Assembly (NCBI GenBank): GCA_965267575.1
Contig: OZ254086.1
Coordinates: 1,408,001-1,472,000, forward strand
Direction: 5' to 3'
DNA from: Calditrichales bacterium
GTDB lineage: Bacteria; Calditrichota; Calditrichia; Calditrichales; J004
Length of the DNA stretch: 64,000 nucleotides
Part shown: positions 51,826 through 59,896 of the stretch, piece by piece
How positions within the stretch are numbered: position 1 is the first letter of the stretch
Layout of the letters: every line of letters begins with the position of its first letter
The notes under the pieces: model-generated
The model's input: only the letters and a program-made list of their open reading frames with translations
The model's database searches: none
What the model was told of the DNA's origin: nothing
Program-made: the position numbers and the translations under genes

Positions 51826-51897
51826 AAATAATGCCACGACGGTTTCTTGATCATGATCGTGCTCCTGATCAAAGAGAATGTACCCTTCTGGGCAAAG

Positions 51898-51953
51898 ATC
51901 CCGGTGTGGAAAAAGCACCAACCGGGATGACACTTTGGGCTGTCATTTCCCGG
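51898..51953. repeat. ATCCCGG...CCGGGATGAC palindromic element
   Basis: atcccggt (51898) pairs with accgggat (51921); alternatively ccgggatgaca pairs with tgtcat(tt)cccgg. Confidence 0.55.
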
Positions 51954-51982
51954 CGGGGATATTTTCAGCTTGAAGGAAAAAT

Positions 51983-52007
51983 GTAGAGACGCAAAATCTT
52001 GCGTCTC
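51983..52007. repeat. GTAG-type REP-like palindrome, copy 1
   Basis: GTAGAGACGCAA-AATC-TTGCGTCTC. Confidence 0.9.
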
Positions 52008-52038
52008 ATTGAATTAGAGAATGATAATGATTATGAAA

Positions 52039-53098
52039 ATGAAAAAGACCTTTACGCGGCTGCCGCTCCTGGCCTTATCGTTTTTCTGCAGCGAACAGCC
52101 AACAGACCCGCCTCCCCAACAAGACGTTTGCGAAATAAGCGACACGACAACCCATAACTTTACCTGGCATACGGACACATTGGGCGAGTGGCCAAGCGTT
52201 TTATATGATGTTGCTGCTGTTGATGAGAATAATGTGTGGGCCGTGGGCGACATCAAAAAAGCGGACAGCCACTATAATGTTATTAAATGGAACGGGGAGT
52301 CTTATGATTACTTATCATTAAAACTACATGCATATGGCGGCAATAATCCTCTTTATCAAGAGCTACGCTCATCAATAGCTTTTTCCGTAAATGATGTTTG
52401 GGTTTTTCCCATAGGGGGAGCTTATGCGCATTGGGATGGTAGCAAGTGGGAAAGTGAATATTTTGGGACCTTCCAAAAAGGCATTACCCTTGATGTATGG
52501 GGTTCCTCTTCCAACGATATTTTTATTGTCGGCTCAAACGGCTCCATTACCCACTACGACGGCTCATCCTTTACGCTTATGGAAAGCGGAACGGACGTGG
52601 AACTGCGCGACATCACCGGCTATGTCGATCCGGAGACCGGGCTGACCCACGCCTGGGCCGCAGGGCCATTGACATTGCTGCATTACGATGGCTATGAATG
52701 GCAAACAGTGTGGGATGAAAACAATCCCCTGGTTCCGGACGGCTACATTCATCCGGCGGCCATACATGATATTAACCATGAACAGGTTCTGGTCGCTGCT
52801 TACAAGCCGATTGAAATCAGCGGTTATTGCATCAATACAAAAGACCCTGCCGACTTCCGCCACATTTTTACGACGGACTTTTTTCCATACGCCATTAGCG
52901 GGAGCAACGCTTAGTGACATCTTTGTTGTAGGAGAATGGGGAAATATAGCACACTTTAATGGCGCCAGTATTATGAAATATCCGGAGTCAAACTCAGGTG
53001 TAAACAGAAACGTGAGTTACGTAAACGACCACGTCTTTGTCGTCGGTCCGCTTGCCGAACAATTAGGGTTATTTGTCAGAGGCAGGAAAATTCCTTAA
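52039..53098 (+). pseudogene. Frameshifted beta-propeller-like lipoprotein, paralog 1
   Basis: The frame stops at TAG 52912-52914. The +1 frame continues SDIFVVG...AHFNG, which aligns with NDLFVAG...VHFNG of paralog 2. Could be a sequencing error. Confidence 0.75.
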
Positions 53099-53120
53099 CG
53101 GGCGTCTATGAAGAATAAAT

Positions 53121-53145
53121 GCAGAGACGCAAAATCTTGCGTCTC
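53121..53145. repeat. GTAG-type REP-like palindrome, copy 2
   Basis: GCAGAGACGCAA-AATC-TTGCGTCTC. Confidence 0.9.
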
Positions 53146-53176
53146 ACCGGATTAGAAAATGATAATGATTACGAAA

Positions 53177-54244
53177 ATGAAAAAGATTCTTGCGCTATGG
53201 TCGTTTTTATGCTTGGCGCTCTTTTGCAGCGAACAGCCAACCGACCCGCCGCCTGATGAAAAAGAGCTTTGTGAAATAACGGACACTACGAGTCATGCTT
53301 TTACCTGGCGAGTTGACACTCTTGGCGCTTTTGGAAGTGTATTGATGGACGTGGAAGCTGTTAGTGAAAACGAAGTGTGGGCATGCGGGGAAATCGAGCT
53401 TAAAGAGCGTCCGGAAGTTGACAGATACAATGTGGTAAGATGGAATGGGTCTGAGTACGAATTCTTGAAAGCAAAAGCATATGGCGGTGTCTCTCTTGCC
53501 GAAGCGATACTGCCCTTCCCTGATGGGACGGTCTGGGTATTTATGGCAGGTGTAGCGTATTCGTTTTGGAATGGAGATTCCTTTAAAACCGAATATTTTG
53601 ACGGAGAAGTGACCGGGCGGGTAATGGATGCCTGGGGCACCGCTACAGATGACTTTTATGTTGTCGGTCAATTCGGCTCAATCGCCCACTACGATGGTAC
53701 CTCTTTTACTCCGATGGAAAGCGGAACGGATATTACACTTTTCGAAATACAGGGCTATGTGGATCCGCAAACAAATAAGCAACATATCTGGGTTTTGGGC
53801 TTCGTGACCGGTCGCTCGGTTGTACTCAAGCTGGAAGACGGCGTTTGGAAACATATGTGGGAAATGGAGATGCTGCAGAATAACTTTCGCTTCCCGCAGT
53901 CTTTGTTCATTGATGATTCCGAAACGGTCGTCATGTCTGTGTGGAGTGGCCTGGATCAACGGGGCAGGCTTTATTGTTTTGACCAAAACGATTTTACCAA
54001 CTATCGACTGCTTGCCGAACATAGCGCGTATTCTCGGGGTTTTGGTGGAACGGGGATCAATGACCTTTTTGTCGCTGGCATTAATCAATATAATATTGTT
54101 CACTTTAATGGTTCCACGGTATTTCAATATAGCGAGCTCAGGGCCGCCGGTCTTCTAACTGAAATAGCAACCTTAAATGACAAAATATACATAGTGGGAG
54201 ATACTGCAGGCGGTGCTCATGCGGTAATCATGCATGGCTGGTAA
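53177..54244 (+). CDS. Beta-propeller-like lipoprotein, paralog 2
   Basis: Signal peptide ending in Cys (CSEQPTDPPP), DTTSHAFTW, repeated vWa.G / HYDG..F / HFNG blades. Confidence 0.85.
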   Translation: MKKILALWSFLCLALFCSEQPTDPPPDEKELCEITDTTSHAFTWRVDTLGAFGSVLMDVEAVSENEVWACGEIELKERPEVDRYNVVRWNGSEYEFLKAKAYGGVSLAEAILPFPDGTVWVFMAGVAYSFWNGDSFKTEYFDGEVTGRVMDAWGTATDDFYVVGQFGSIAHYDGTSFTPMESGTDITLFEIQGYVDPQTNKQHIWVLGFVTGRSVVLKLEDGVWKHMWEMEMLQNNFRFPQSLFIDDSETVVMSVWSGLDQRGRLYCFDQNDFTNYRLLAEHSAYSRGFGGTGINDLFVAGINQYNIVHFNGSTVFQYSELRAAGLLTEIATLNDKIYIVGDTAGGAHAVIMHGW

Positions 54245-54248
54245 AAAT

Positions 54249-54276
54249 GTAGAGACGCAAAATCTTGCGTCTCTAC
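54249..54276. repeat. GTAG-type REP-like palindrome, copy 3 (perfect 12-bp arms)
   Basis: GTAGAGACGCAA-AATC-TTGCGTCTCTAC. Confidence 0.92.
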
Positions 54277-54294
54277 CTCCTTGGCACAAATCAC

Positions 54295-54561
54295 CTAAAA
54301 ATCAAAAAGATCATTCAGGAAATTTTTCTTCTTGCGTTTCTTGTAATCGTAATCATCATCGTAATCCTTGCGGTAGCTTTGTTCGCGCCGCTGGCTCTGG
54401 GCGGGTGCTTGTCCAAATCCGGCGGTGGCGCTGCGCTCGATGATTTTATCAAGCTCACCGCGGTCCAGCCAAACGCCGCGACACTGCGGGCAGTAGTCCA
54501 CTTCAATCCCCTGCCTGTCGGCGATTACAAGGGTTACATCTTTACATACCGGGCAATTCAT
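54295..54561 (-). CDS. zf-TFIIB zinc-ribbon protein
   Basis: CPVC...IEVDYCPQCRGVWLDRGELDKII...FL.DLFDF; AGGAG SD. Confidence 0.9.
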   Translation of the reverse strand: MNCPVCKDVTLVIADRQGIEVDYCPQCRGVWLDRGELDKIIERSATAGFGQAPAQSQRREQSYRKDYDDDYDYKKRKKKNFLNDLFDF

Positions 54562-54721
54562 ACTCTTTCTCCTTTGTGGGTAGTGTTTTCAATTACTCGC
54601 GTTAACGATAGACAAAAAATTAAGATTCCTGAAATCGGTTTGAAGAATTGATTTGCGAAAGGAGCCTTTTTATTTATATTTGCTAAGCGATTGTATGTTT
54701 TTACTAAGCAGGACTAAAGTT

Positions 54722-54979
54722 ATGATTAATCACAAATCAGTCAAAGTAAGCAACCGTTTTCAAATTGCACTTCCCAGCGAGGCGAGAAGGAAATTGAACA
54801 TTCATGCCGGCGACCGGCTTTTGGTTGATATTCAGGATGGAGCCATTGTGCTGGTACCGCGCCCGGACAGCTTTACAAAAAACCTGGCGGGACGCTACGC
54901 AAACATCTGGAGAGAGCTGAAGTCTGCTGAATATTTGGCGCAGGAGAGAAATGATTGGAAAGACTCAGTAAGCGGCTAA
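54722..54979 (+). CDS. vapB: AbrB/MazE-type antitoxin
   Basis: KVSNRFQIALPSEARRKLNI..GD.L; overlaps the PIN gene. Confidence 0.82.
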   Translation: MINHKSVKVSNRFQIALPSEARRKLNIHAGDRLLVDIQDGAIVLVPRPDSFTKNLAGRYANIWRELKSAEYLAQERNDWKDSVSG

Positions 54980-55404
54980 AAAGCCATCAAATAGTTGCGC
55001 TGGATACTTCCATTTTAATTTATCATTTCGAAGCGCGCACAAAGTATCTGCCTTTAACGCATATCATTTTGGAAAATATCGAAACCGGAAATAACAAAGC
55101 CGTAATTTCCACCATTTCCCTAATGGAAATAGCCGTTGGGCCTTTGCGCTTTAAACGGCACGACATTGCCCAGCAATACGAAGCGCACCTGGCAAATTTT
55201 CCCAATCTTTACATTGCAGATATAACACGCGATGTCGCCCGCAAAGCAGCTTATATCCGGGCGGAAGATAAACTGGCTCCCCCCGACTCATTGCTTATTG
55301 CAAACGCGATTATTAATGGGGCGACGTTATGGCTTACTAATGATAAAAGACACGACAGGCTTAAAGCGGAAATAGACGTGTTGATCCTCGATGAGTTTCT
55401 ATAA
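54955..55404 (+). CDS. vapC: PIN-domain toxin
   Basis: LDTS, E, PDS and TND acidic tetrad; TTG start after AGGAG. Confidence 0.88.
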   Translation: MERLSKRLKSHQIVALDTSILIYHFEARTKYLPLTHIILENIETGNNKAVISTISLMEIAVGPLRFKRHDIAQQYEAHLANFPNLYIADITRDVARKAAYIRAEDKLAPPDSLLIANAIINGATLWLTNDKRHDRLKAEIDVLILDEFL

Positions 55405-56448
55405 TCATCCATCATACCTCCCCACAGCCACTTCCGGGTGCAATTCACTACCAAACACTAAATAAGCTGCCATTTGCCGGGCGAAGTAGGGTGCCAGTGT
55501 TACGCCCTTTGTGCCAAGACCGTTAAAAATATGCAGACGCGACTCTTCCGGGTGTGTGCCGATGAAAGGTCGCCGGTCCTGGGTGGCCGGCCGTAATCCC
55601 GCCTGCTGATCCGTTACTTCAAAGGGCAGTCTTACCAGGCTTTTAATTTTTTTTGTAATGAATGTGCGGCCTTCCTCCGTTGTGTCGAGGTCGAAGCGGT
55701 CCCACTCGTAGGTGGAGCCGGCGCGGAAAAGCCCGTTGCCCAGGGGCAGCAGAAAAACACCTTTATTGAGAATAGCTTGTTGATTTAGCCCGGGACAATG
55801 AATCGTCAGCACCTCGCCCTTGTTGGGGTAGATTTCCAGATGCCGGAACCAGGGGTTTTCCTTCACCCGCCAGCCCTCGCAGAAAATCACGTGCCGCGCT
55901 TCCACATCTTTCCATCGTACGTCCTCTTTGCGCAGATCTAGATCGTCATAAGCGATATTTTGAGTGGTCAAAGCTTCGCTCTTCTCAAGATAGCTGCGCA
56001 TTTCATCCAGGAAAATTTCTGTATCCAGCCAGCCGCCATAGCGGAAAACGGCGTGGCCATGCGGCGCGTTCAACTGCCCTATATCCGGGCGAAAGTCCTC
56101 GTCGATAAAGGGTGCTGCTTCGGGGTCCGCCGCTTTCACCGACCAGTCGTTGGCCTGTTTGGCGGAATTAAAGACGCGTACCACTGGAAGGGGGAAGAAA
56201 AAGCGTTTGTCAAAAAAACGCTCCAGCTGTGGATAAATGGAATGGGCAAATGGAAAAAGTTCGTCGGCCAGCCAGGTAAGCACCATCTTTTTGCCGGTGA
56301 CAGGATTGATGATACCGGCAGCAACGCGTGATGAGTGGGCACCGCTGCGGGCGTCGGCGACTAGCACACGTTTGCCATGCTGCATCAGAAACCAGGCCAG
56401 CCAGCTTCCGGCCAAACCCTGCCCGGCGATCAGGTAATCAACCTGCAT
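55405..56448 (-). CDS. FAD-dependent oxidoreductase (DAO/glycine oxidase family)
   Basis: GQGLAG, SRVAAG..NP, KGE, GSTY, AGLRP...DRRP, NGLG.KG. Confidence 0.9.
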   Translation of the reverse strand: MQVDYLIAGQGLAGSWLAWFLMQHGKRVLVADARSGAHSSRVAAGIINPVTGKKMVLTWLADELFPFAHSIYPQLERFFDKRFFFPLPVVRVFNSAKQANDWSVKAADPEAAPFIDEDFRPDIGQLNAPHGHAVFRYGGWLDTEIFLDEMRSYLEKSEALTTQNIAYDDLDLRKEDVRWKDVEARHVIFCEGWRVKENPWFRHLEIYPNKGEVLTIHCPGLNQQAILNKGVFLLPLGNGLFRAGSTYEWDRFDLDTTEEGRTFITKKIKSLVRLPFEVTDQQAGLRPATQDRRPFIGTHPEESRLHIFNGLGTKGVTLAPYFARQMAAYLVFGSELHPEVAVGRYDG

Positions 56449-56803
56449 CCAGCTCCTCGCGTTTGGCGCGTGGCAGGCTTTTAACGATCAGATCGTAGCT
56501 GTCACGGACCAACTCTTCTAAAAATTCAGTGGCAAGGCTGCCGTCCAGCTGCACGGTGTTCCAGTGCTTTTTGTTCATGTGATAACCCGGCGTGATGGCG
56601 GGGTGCTTTTGGCGCAAAGCAATCGCGAAAACGGGGTCGCATTTCAGGTTCATACTGACGGGTTCATCCAGGCTGAGCAGGCAAAACATTTTGCTGCCCA
56701 CGCGGAACACCATCGGGTCCGGGCCAAAGGGGAAATCGTGGGTTACTCCGTTAAGAGAATGGCAGTAGTTGATGATGTGTTGCGCGATCTTATTGACGTC
56801 CAT
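56438..56803 (-). CDS. MmcQ/YjbR family protein
   Basis: DFPFG, VFRVG.KMF, NLKCDP, PGYHMNKKHWN. Confidence 0.92.
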   Translation of the reverse strand: MDVNKIAQHIINYCHSLNGVTHDFPFGPDPMVFRVGSKMFCLLSLDEPVSMNLKCDPVFAIALRQKHPAITPGYHMNKKHWNTVQLDGSLATEFLEELVRDSYDLIVKSLPRAKREELDAG

Positions 56804-56932
56804 GCTGAAAAATAGCAAAAAGCAGGCAGAAGCGACAGTTCAACCGCAATCATTTTATCCGCTTGCAGGCATCTTTCAATAACCGCGGCGCGTTGCTATA
56901 TTGCAGCCGAGCAATCGTAAACGGACATTGAA

Positions 56933-57481
56933 ATGTTTTTTGAAGAAGTAACTATTTTTGGTGACGTCTTTCGTTTTTACAGCAAGGCTCTGGCCTTTCC
57001 GTATAATGAAATGGGCTTTGAGTTTCAGCATCTTTTCCGGCAAATGGAGGTAGCCTGCCGCAGCGATGAGGATGAGCAACTTGCCGCCCGCGTTCTGCAG
57101 GTGATCAATAATTTCCAGGGTGAAGAGATTAGCGCCCTGCAGGCCGAATATACGCGCATGTTCACACATGAGCCCGCGTCCAGGCCGGATGTCTCTATTT
57201 ACATGGCGGATTACAGTAACAGCGAGACGGCAGACGCGTTGATTGCCCGCATGTATGAAAGCGATCTGGGCGATATGTATGATGAGACGCCGGAAACGAT
57301 CACACACTTGTTAAATTACGCGGCGCAGATTTCTGACGAAAATGATCCTGAAAGCCAATTATCAGAGCTGCCGCAAATAATCAATCCCTTCAGCCAGCAC
57401 CTGTACAAAGGCACTACATTGGGCTTTTACAAGGAAGTGGCCAAAGGGCTCAGCGAAATCTGCCTTGTCATAACCAGCTAA
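56933..57481 (+). CDS. TorD/DmsD/NarJ-like chaperone homolog (degenerate)
   Basis: LQAEYTRMF..P.V..Y...Y pattern; the E(P)xDH motif is replaced by ETPET. Confidence 0.55.
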   Translation: MFFEEVTIFGDVFRFYSKALAFPYNEMGFEFQHLFRQMEVACRSDEDEQLAARVLQVINNFQGEEISALQAEYTRMFTHEPASRPDVSIYMADYSNSETADALIARMYESDLGDMYDETPETITHLLNYAAQISDENDPESQLSELPQIINPFSQHLYKGTTLGFYKEVAKGLSEICLVITS

Positions 57482-57489
57482 AAAACCAT

Positions 57490-59892
57490 ATGGCCATTCG
57501 TGTTGATGGGCGGGATATTTATCTTGCCGTGAGGGACCTGGCTCCTGCAGCGGATGACGGACCGCTGCTTTCCTCTTTTCCGCTGCCACGCCGTGGTGCT
57601 TTGGGTCAGCGTGCTCAAAAATATTTTCAGCGCCAGAAAAAACAAACCGGGCTTTTCCACAGCGAATATCACATCAGCCGCAGCTACGAGCAGGATGGAT
57701 TCCGCTTTCACCTCTCCGGGCGCATCGATGGCATTTACGCGATGCCGGGCAAGCTGGAGGTGGAAGAGATCAAAAGCGTAATCTTAAACCGCGCGGCTTT
57801 TAAATCCCTTCAACCGCAAAATATGCCGCACTTTACCGAGCAGCTTCTCACCTACGCGCTGATGCTCGCCCAGGAAAAACCGAACGAAAAAATCCGCCCT
57901 TACCTGATTCTGATCAACCTGACGGACCTGAGTGAGAAAAAAGTAGAGCTCGACCTGGACCGCAAAGTGCGGGAAGCCGTTCTGCGCAAAAAACTTGCCG
58001 ATATTGCACGGCGCACCGAAGACGAAATGACCGCACGCGAGATTCGCAAAGACCAGGCCTCGCGTATGATCCCCGAGCCTGTGGAAGAGCGGCCGCAACA
58101 AAGGGAGATGGTGGCCTGCGTTCAGCGGACGGTGGAGCAGGGCGGACAGCTTCTCGTTTCTGCACCAACAGGGACAGGCAAAACAGCGGCGGCGCTTTAC
58201 CCTGCTTTGAGCTATGCCTGGGCCAATGGCAAAAAGGTCATTTTCCTAACCCCCAAGAACAGCCAGCATGAAGTGGTAATCGACGCTCTGCGCCCCGTGC
58301 GGCAGGCCAATCCGGATCTGCGCTGGGCCATACTGAAGGCGGCCCGCAAGCTGTGCGCCAACGACATCTTTTTCTGTCACGAAGCGCATTGCAGCTATGC
58401 CGAAGATTTCCGTAAGCGGCTGGACAGCAGCAATCTAACCGGCAGGCTGATCCAACGCGGCATAATGCGGCCGGAAGATATATTTGACCAGGCCCGTGGT
58501 GAAATGCTATGTCCGGCAGAAGTAAACAGCGATCTGGCTGTGCGCGCCGATGTTATCGTCGGCGATTACAACTATGTGTTTGATCCGGCCGCCCGCTTTA
58601 ACCGGCTTTTTCAAAAAACAGCCGAAAGCGATTGTATTCTTATCATCGATGAGGCGCACAATCTATACGACCGGGGACGCCACTACCTGTCACCCACACT
58701 CTCGCGCAGAAAAACGGCGTTGCTTCTGGAGCATGCGTCGTCGTACCATTTGGCTGTCTACAAAAAGCTGGCCCGCGCCCTTAAGGAGATCAAAAGCGTT
58801 TTTGACGCTCTGCAGCAGGAAGGTGAAACCGCGCATGAATCGCAACAATACATGGCGGTCCAGCCAGATGTGGCGCGTTGGCGTGAACTGCAGGCGGCCT
58901 ATGAAGCCGCTTACGTGGCTTACCTGATCTACCGCGTTAAAAAAAATATTGTGCAGGCGGAAGATCCCTTTGAAGACTATTTTTATAATCTGCAGCGTTT
59001 CGCGCGCACCCTGCGCCTGCTGGATGATTCCTTCCGGGTCTACTATGACGCTGCCGATGGCGGTGTGCTCAAGTTGTTTTGCTGCGATCCCGCGCTGCAT
59101 CTGGCCAATATCTTGCAGCGTTTTCATGCGGTGATTGCCATGTCTGCCACGCTCGATCCAATGGCTTATTACCGTGAGGTGCTGGGCTTCGATGCCAATG
59201 CCGATACTTTGCGGCTTGATTCGCCGTTTCCTTCACAAAACCGCAAAGTGGTGATCGTGCCGAATGTCTCTACGTTGTATAAAGACCGTACCGACAGCTA
59301 TCCGCGCATCGCCGAGATCCTGATGCGTTCCGTAGCGCTGAGGCAGGGCAATTACCTGGCTTTCTTCCCAAGTTATGAGTACATGCAAAACGTAAAGCTT
59401 TTTATGGGACGGGCGCCATTTGAGATTTATATGCAGCGTCCCTCGATGGGGCAGGCAGAAGTTGAAAGCATTCTTGCCGAAATAAAAAATAACGGACGCG
59501 GCCAATTGCTTATGGCCGTTATGGGCGGGATATTCGCGGAAGGCATTGATTTCAAAGGTGACATGGCCATCGGCGTATTTGTGATCAGCCCGGCCCTGCC
59601 ACGGGTGGACTTTGAGCGGCGGCTTTTGCACGAGTATTATGAAAATAAGAACGGTAGTGGCACCGCCTATGCCTATCATTATCCCGGTATGAATAAAGTA
59701 ATCCAGTCTGTGGGTCGGCTAATCCGCGGGCACAGCGATAAAGGTGTGGCGGTTTTGATCGGAAAGCGATTCGCCGAGGATCATCTTAACGGACTTTTGC
59801 CCGATTATTGGTTTGGCGCCACCAGAAGCGTTGTTATCAGTGCAGATTATGAGAACGAGTTGAAGGATTTTTGGTCATCCATTCAAAAGTAA
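57490..59892 (+). CDS. DinG/XPD-family Fe-S helicase with N-terminal PD-(D/E)XK (RecB/Cas4-like) nuclease
   Basis: GRIDG..EEIKS..QLLTY; RPQQ, APTGTGKT, four Cys, DEAH, SATL, EGID, QSVGRLIR. Confidence 0.9.
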   Translation: MAIRVDGRDIYLAVRDLAPAADDGPLLSSFPLPRRGALGQRAQKYFQRQKKQTGLFHSEYHISRSYEQDGFRFHLSGRIDGIYAMPGKLEVEEIKSVILNRAAFKSLQPQNMPHFTEQLLTYALMLAQEKPNEKIRPYLILINLTDLSEKKVELDLDRKVREAVLRKKLADIARRTEDEMTAREIRKDQASRMIPEPVEERPQQREMVACVQRTVEQGGQLLVSAPTGTGKTAAALYPALSYAWANGKKVIFLTPKNSQHEVVIDALRPVRQANPDLRWAILKAARKLCANDIFFCHEAHCSYAEDFRKRLDSSNLTGRLIQRGIMRPEDIFDQARGEMLCPAEVNSDLAVRADVIVGDYNYVFDPAARFNRLFQKTAESDCILIIDEAHNLYDRGRHYLSPTLSRRKTALLLEHASSYHLAVYKKLARALKEIKSVFDALQQEGETAHESQQYMAVQPDVARWRELQAAYEAAYVAYLIYRVKKNIVQAEDPFEDYFYNLQRFARTLRLLDDSFRVYYDAADGGVLKLFCCDPALHLANILQRFHAVIAMSATLDPMAYYREVLGFDANADTLRLDSPFPSQNRKVVIVPNVSTLYKDRTDSYPRIAEILMRSVALRQGNYLAFFPSYEYMQNVKLFMGRAPFEIYMQRPSMGQAEVESILAEIKNNGRGQLLMAVMGGIFAEGIDFKGDMAIGVFVISPALPRVDFERRLLHEYYENKNGSGTAYAYHYPGMNKVIQSVGRLIRGHSDKGVAVLIGKRFAEDHLNGLLPDYWFGATRSVVISADYENELKDFWSSIQK

Positions 59893-59896
59893 AATT

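Noticed and set aside
51791-51850. Mini-ORF MKAMKAMKSMKENNATTVS as a leader or RiPP peptide
   Set aside because: It is a by-product of the 9-nt repeat, with no SD and no modifying enzymes nearby.
52905-52917. RF2-like programmed +1 frameshift
   Set aside because: The P-site codon is GCT rather than CTT, so re-pairing in +1 is not favourable.
53092-53160. Integron attC site (CCTTAAC...ATTAGAA)
   Set aside because: It lacks the GTTRRRY core and R''/R' complementarity, and there is no intI in the window.
51983-54276. Three palindromic repeats as a CRISPR array
   Set aside because: The intervals are about 1.1-kb genes, not 30-40-nt spacers, and no cas genes are present.
54340-54370. TAATCG/TCATCG repeat as a non-coding element
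   Set aside because: It encodes the DYDDDYDY low-complexity tail of the zf-TFIIB protein.
57490-59892. Type IV CRISPR CasDinG or Cas4 module
   Set aside because: No csf/cas genes or array are present in the window.
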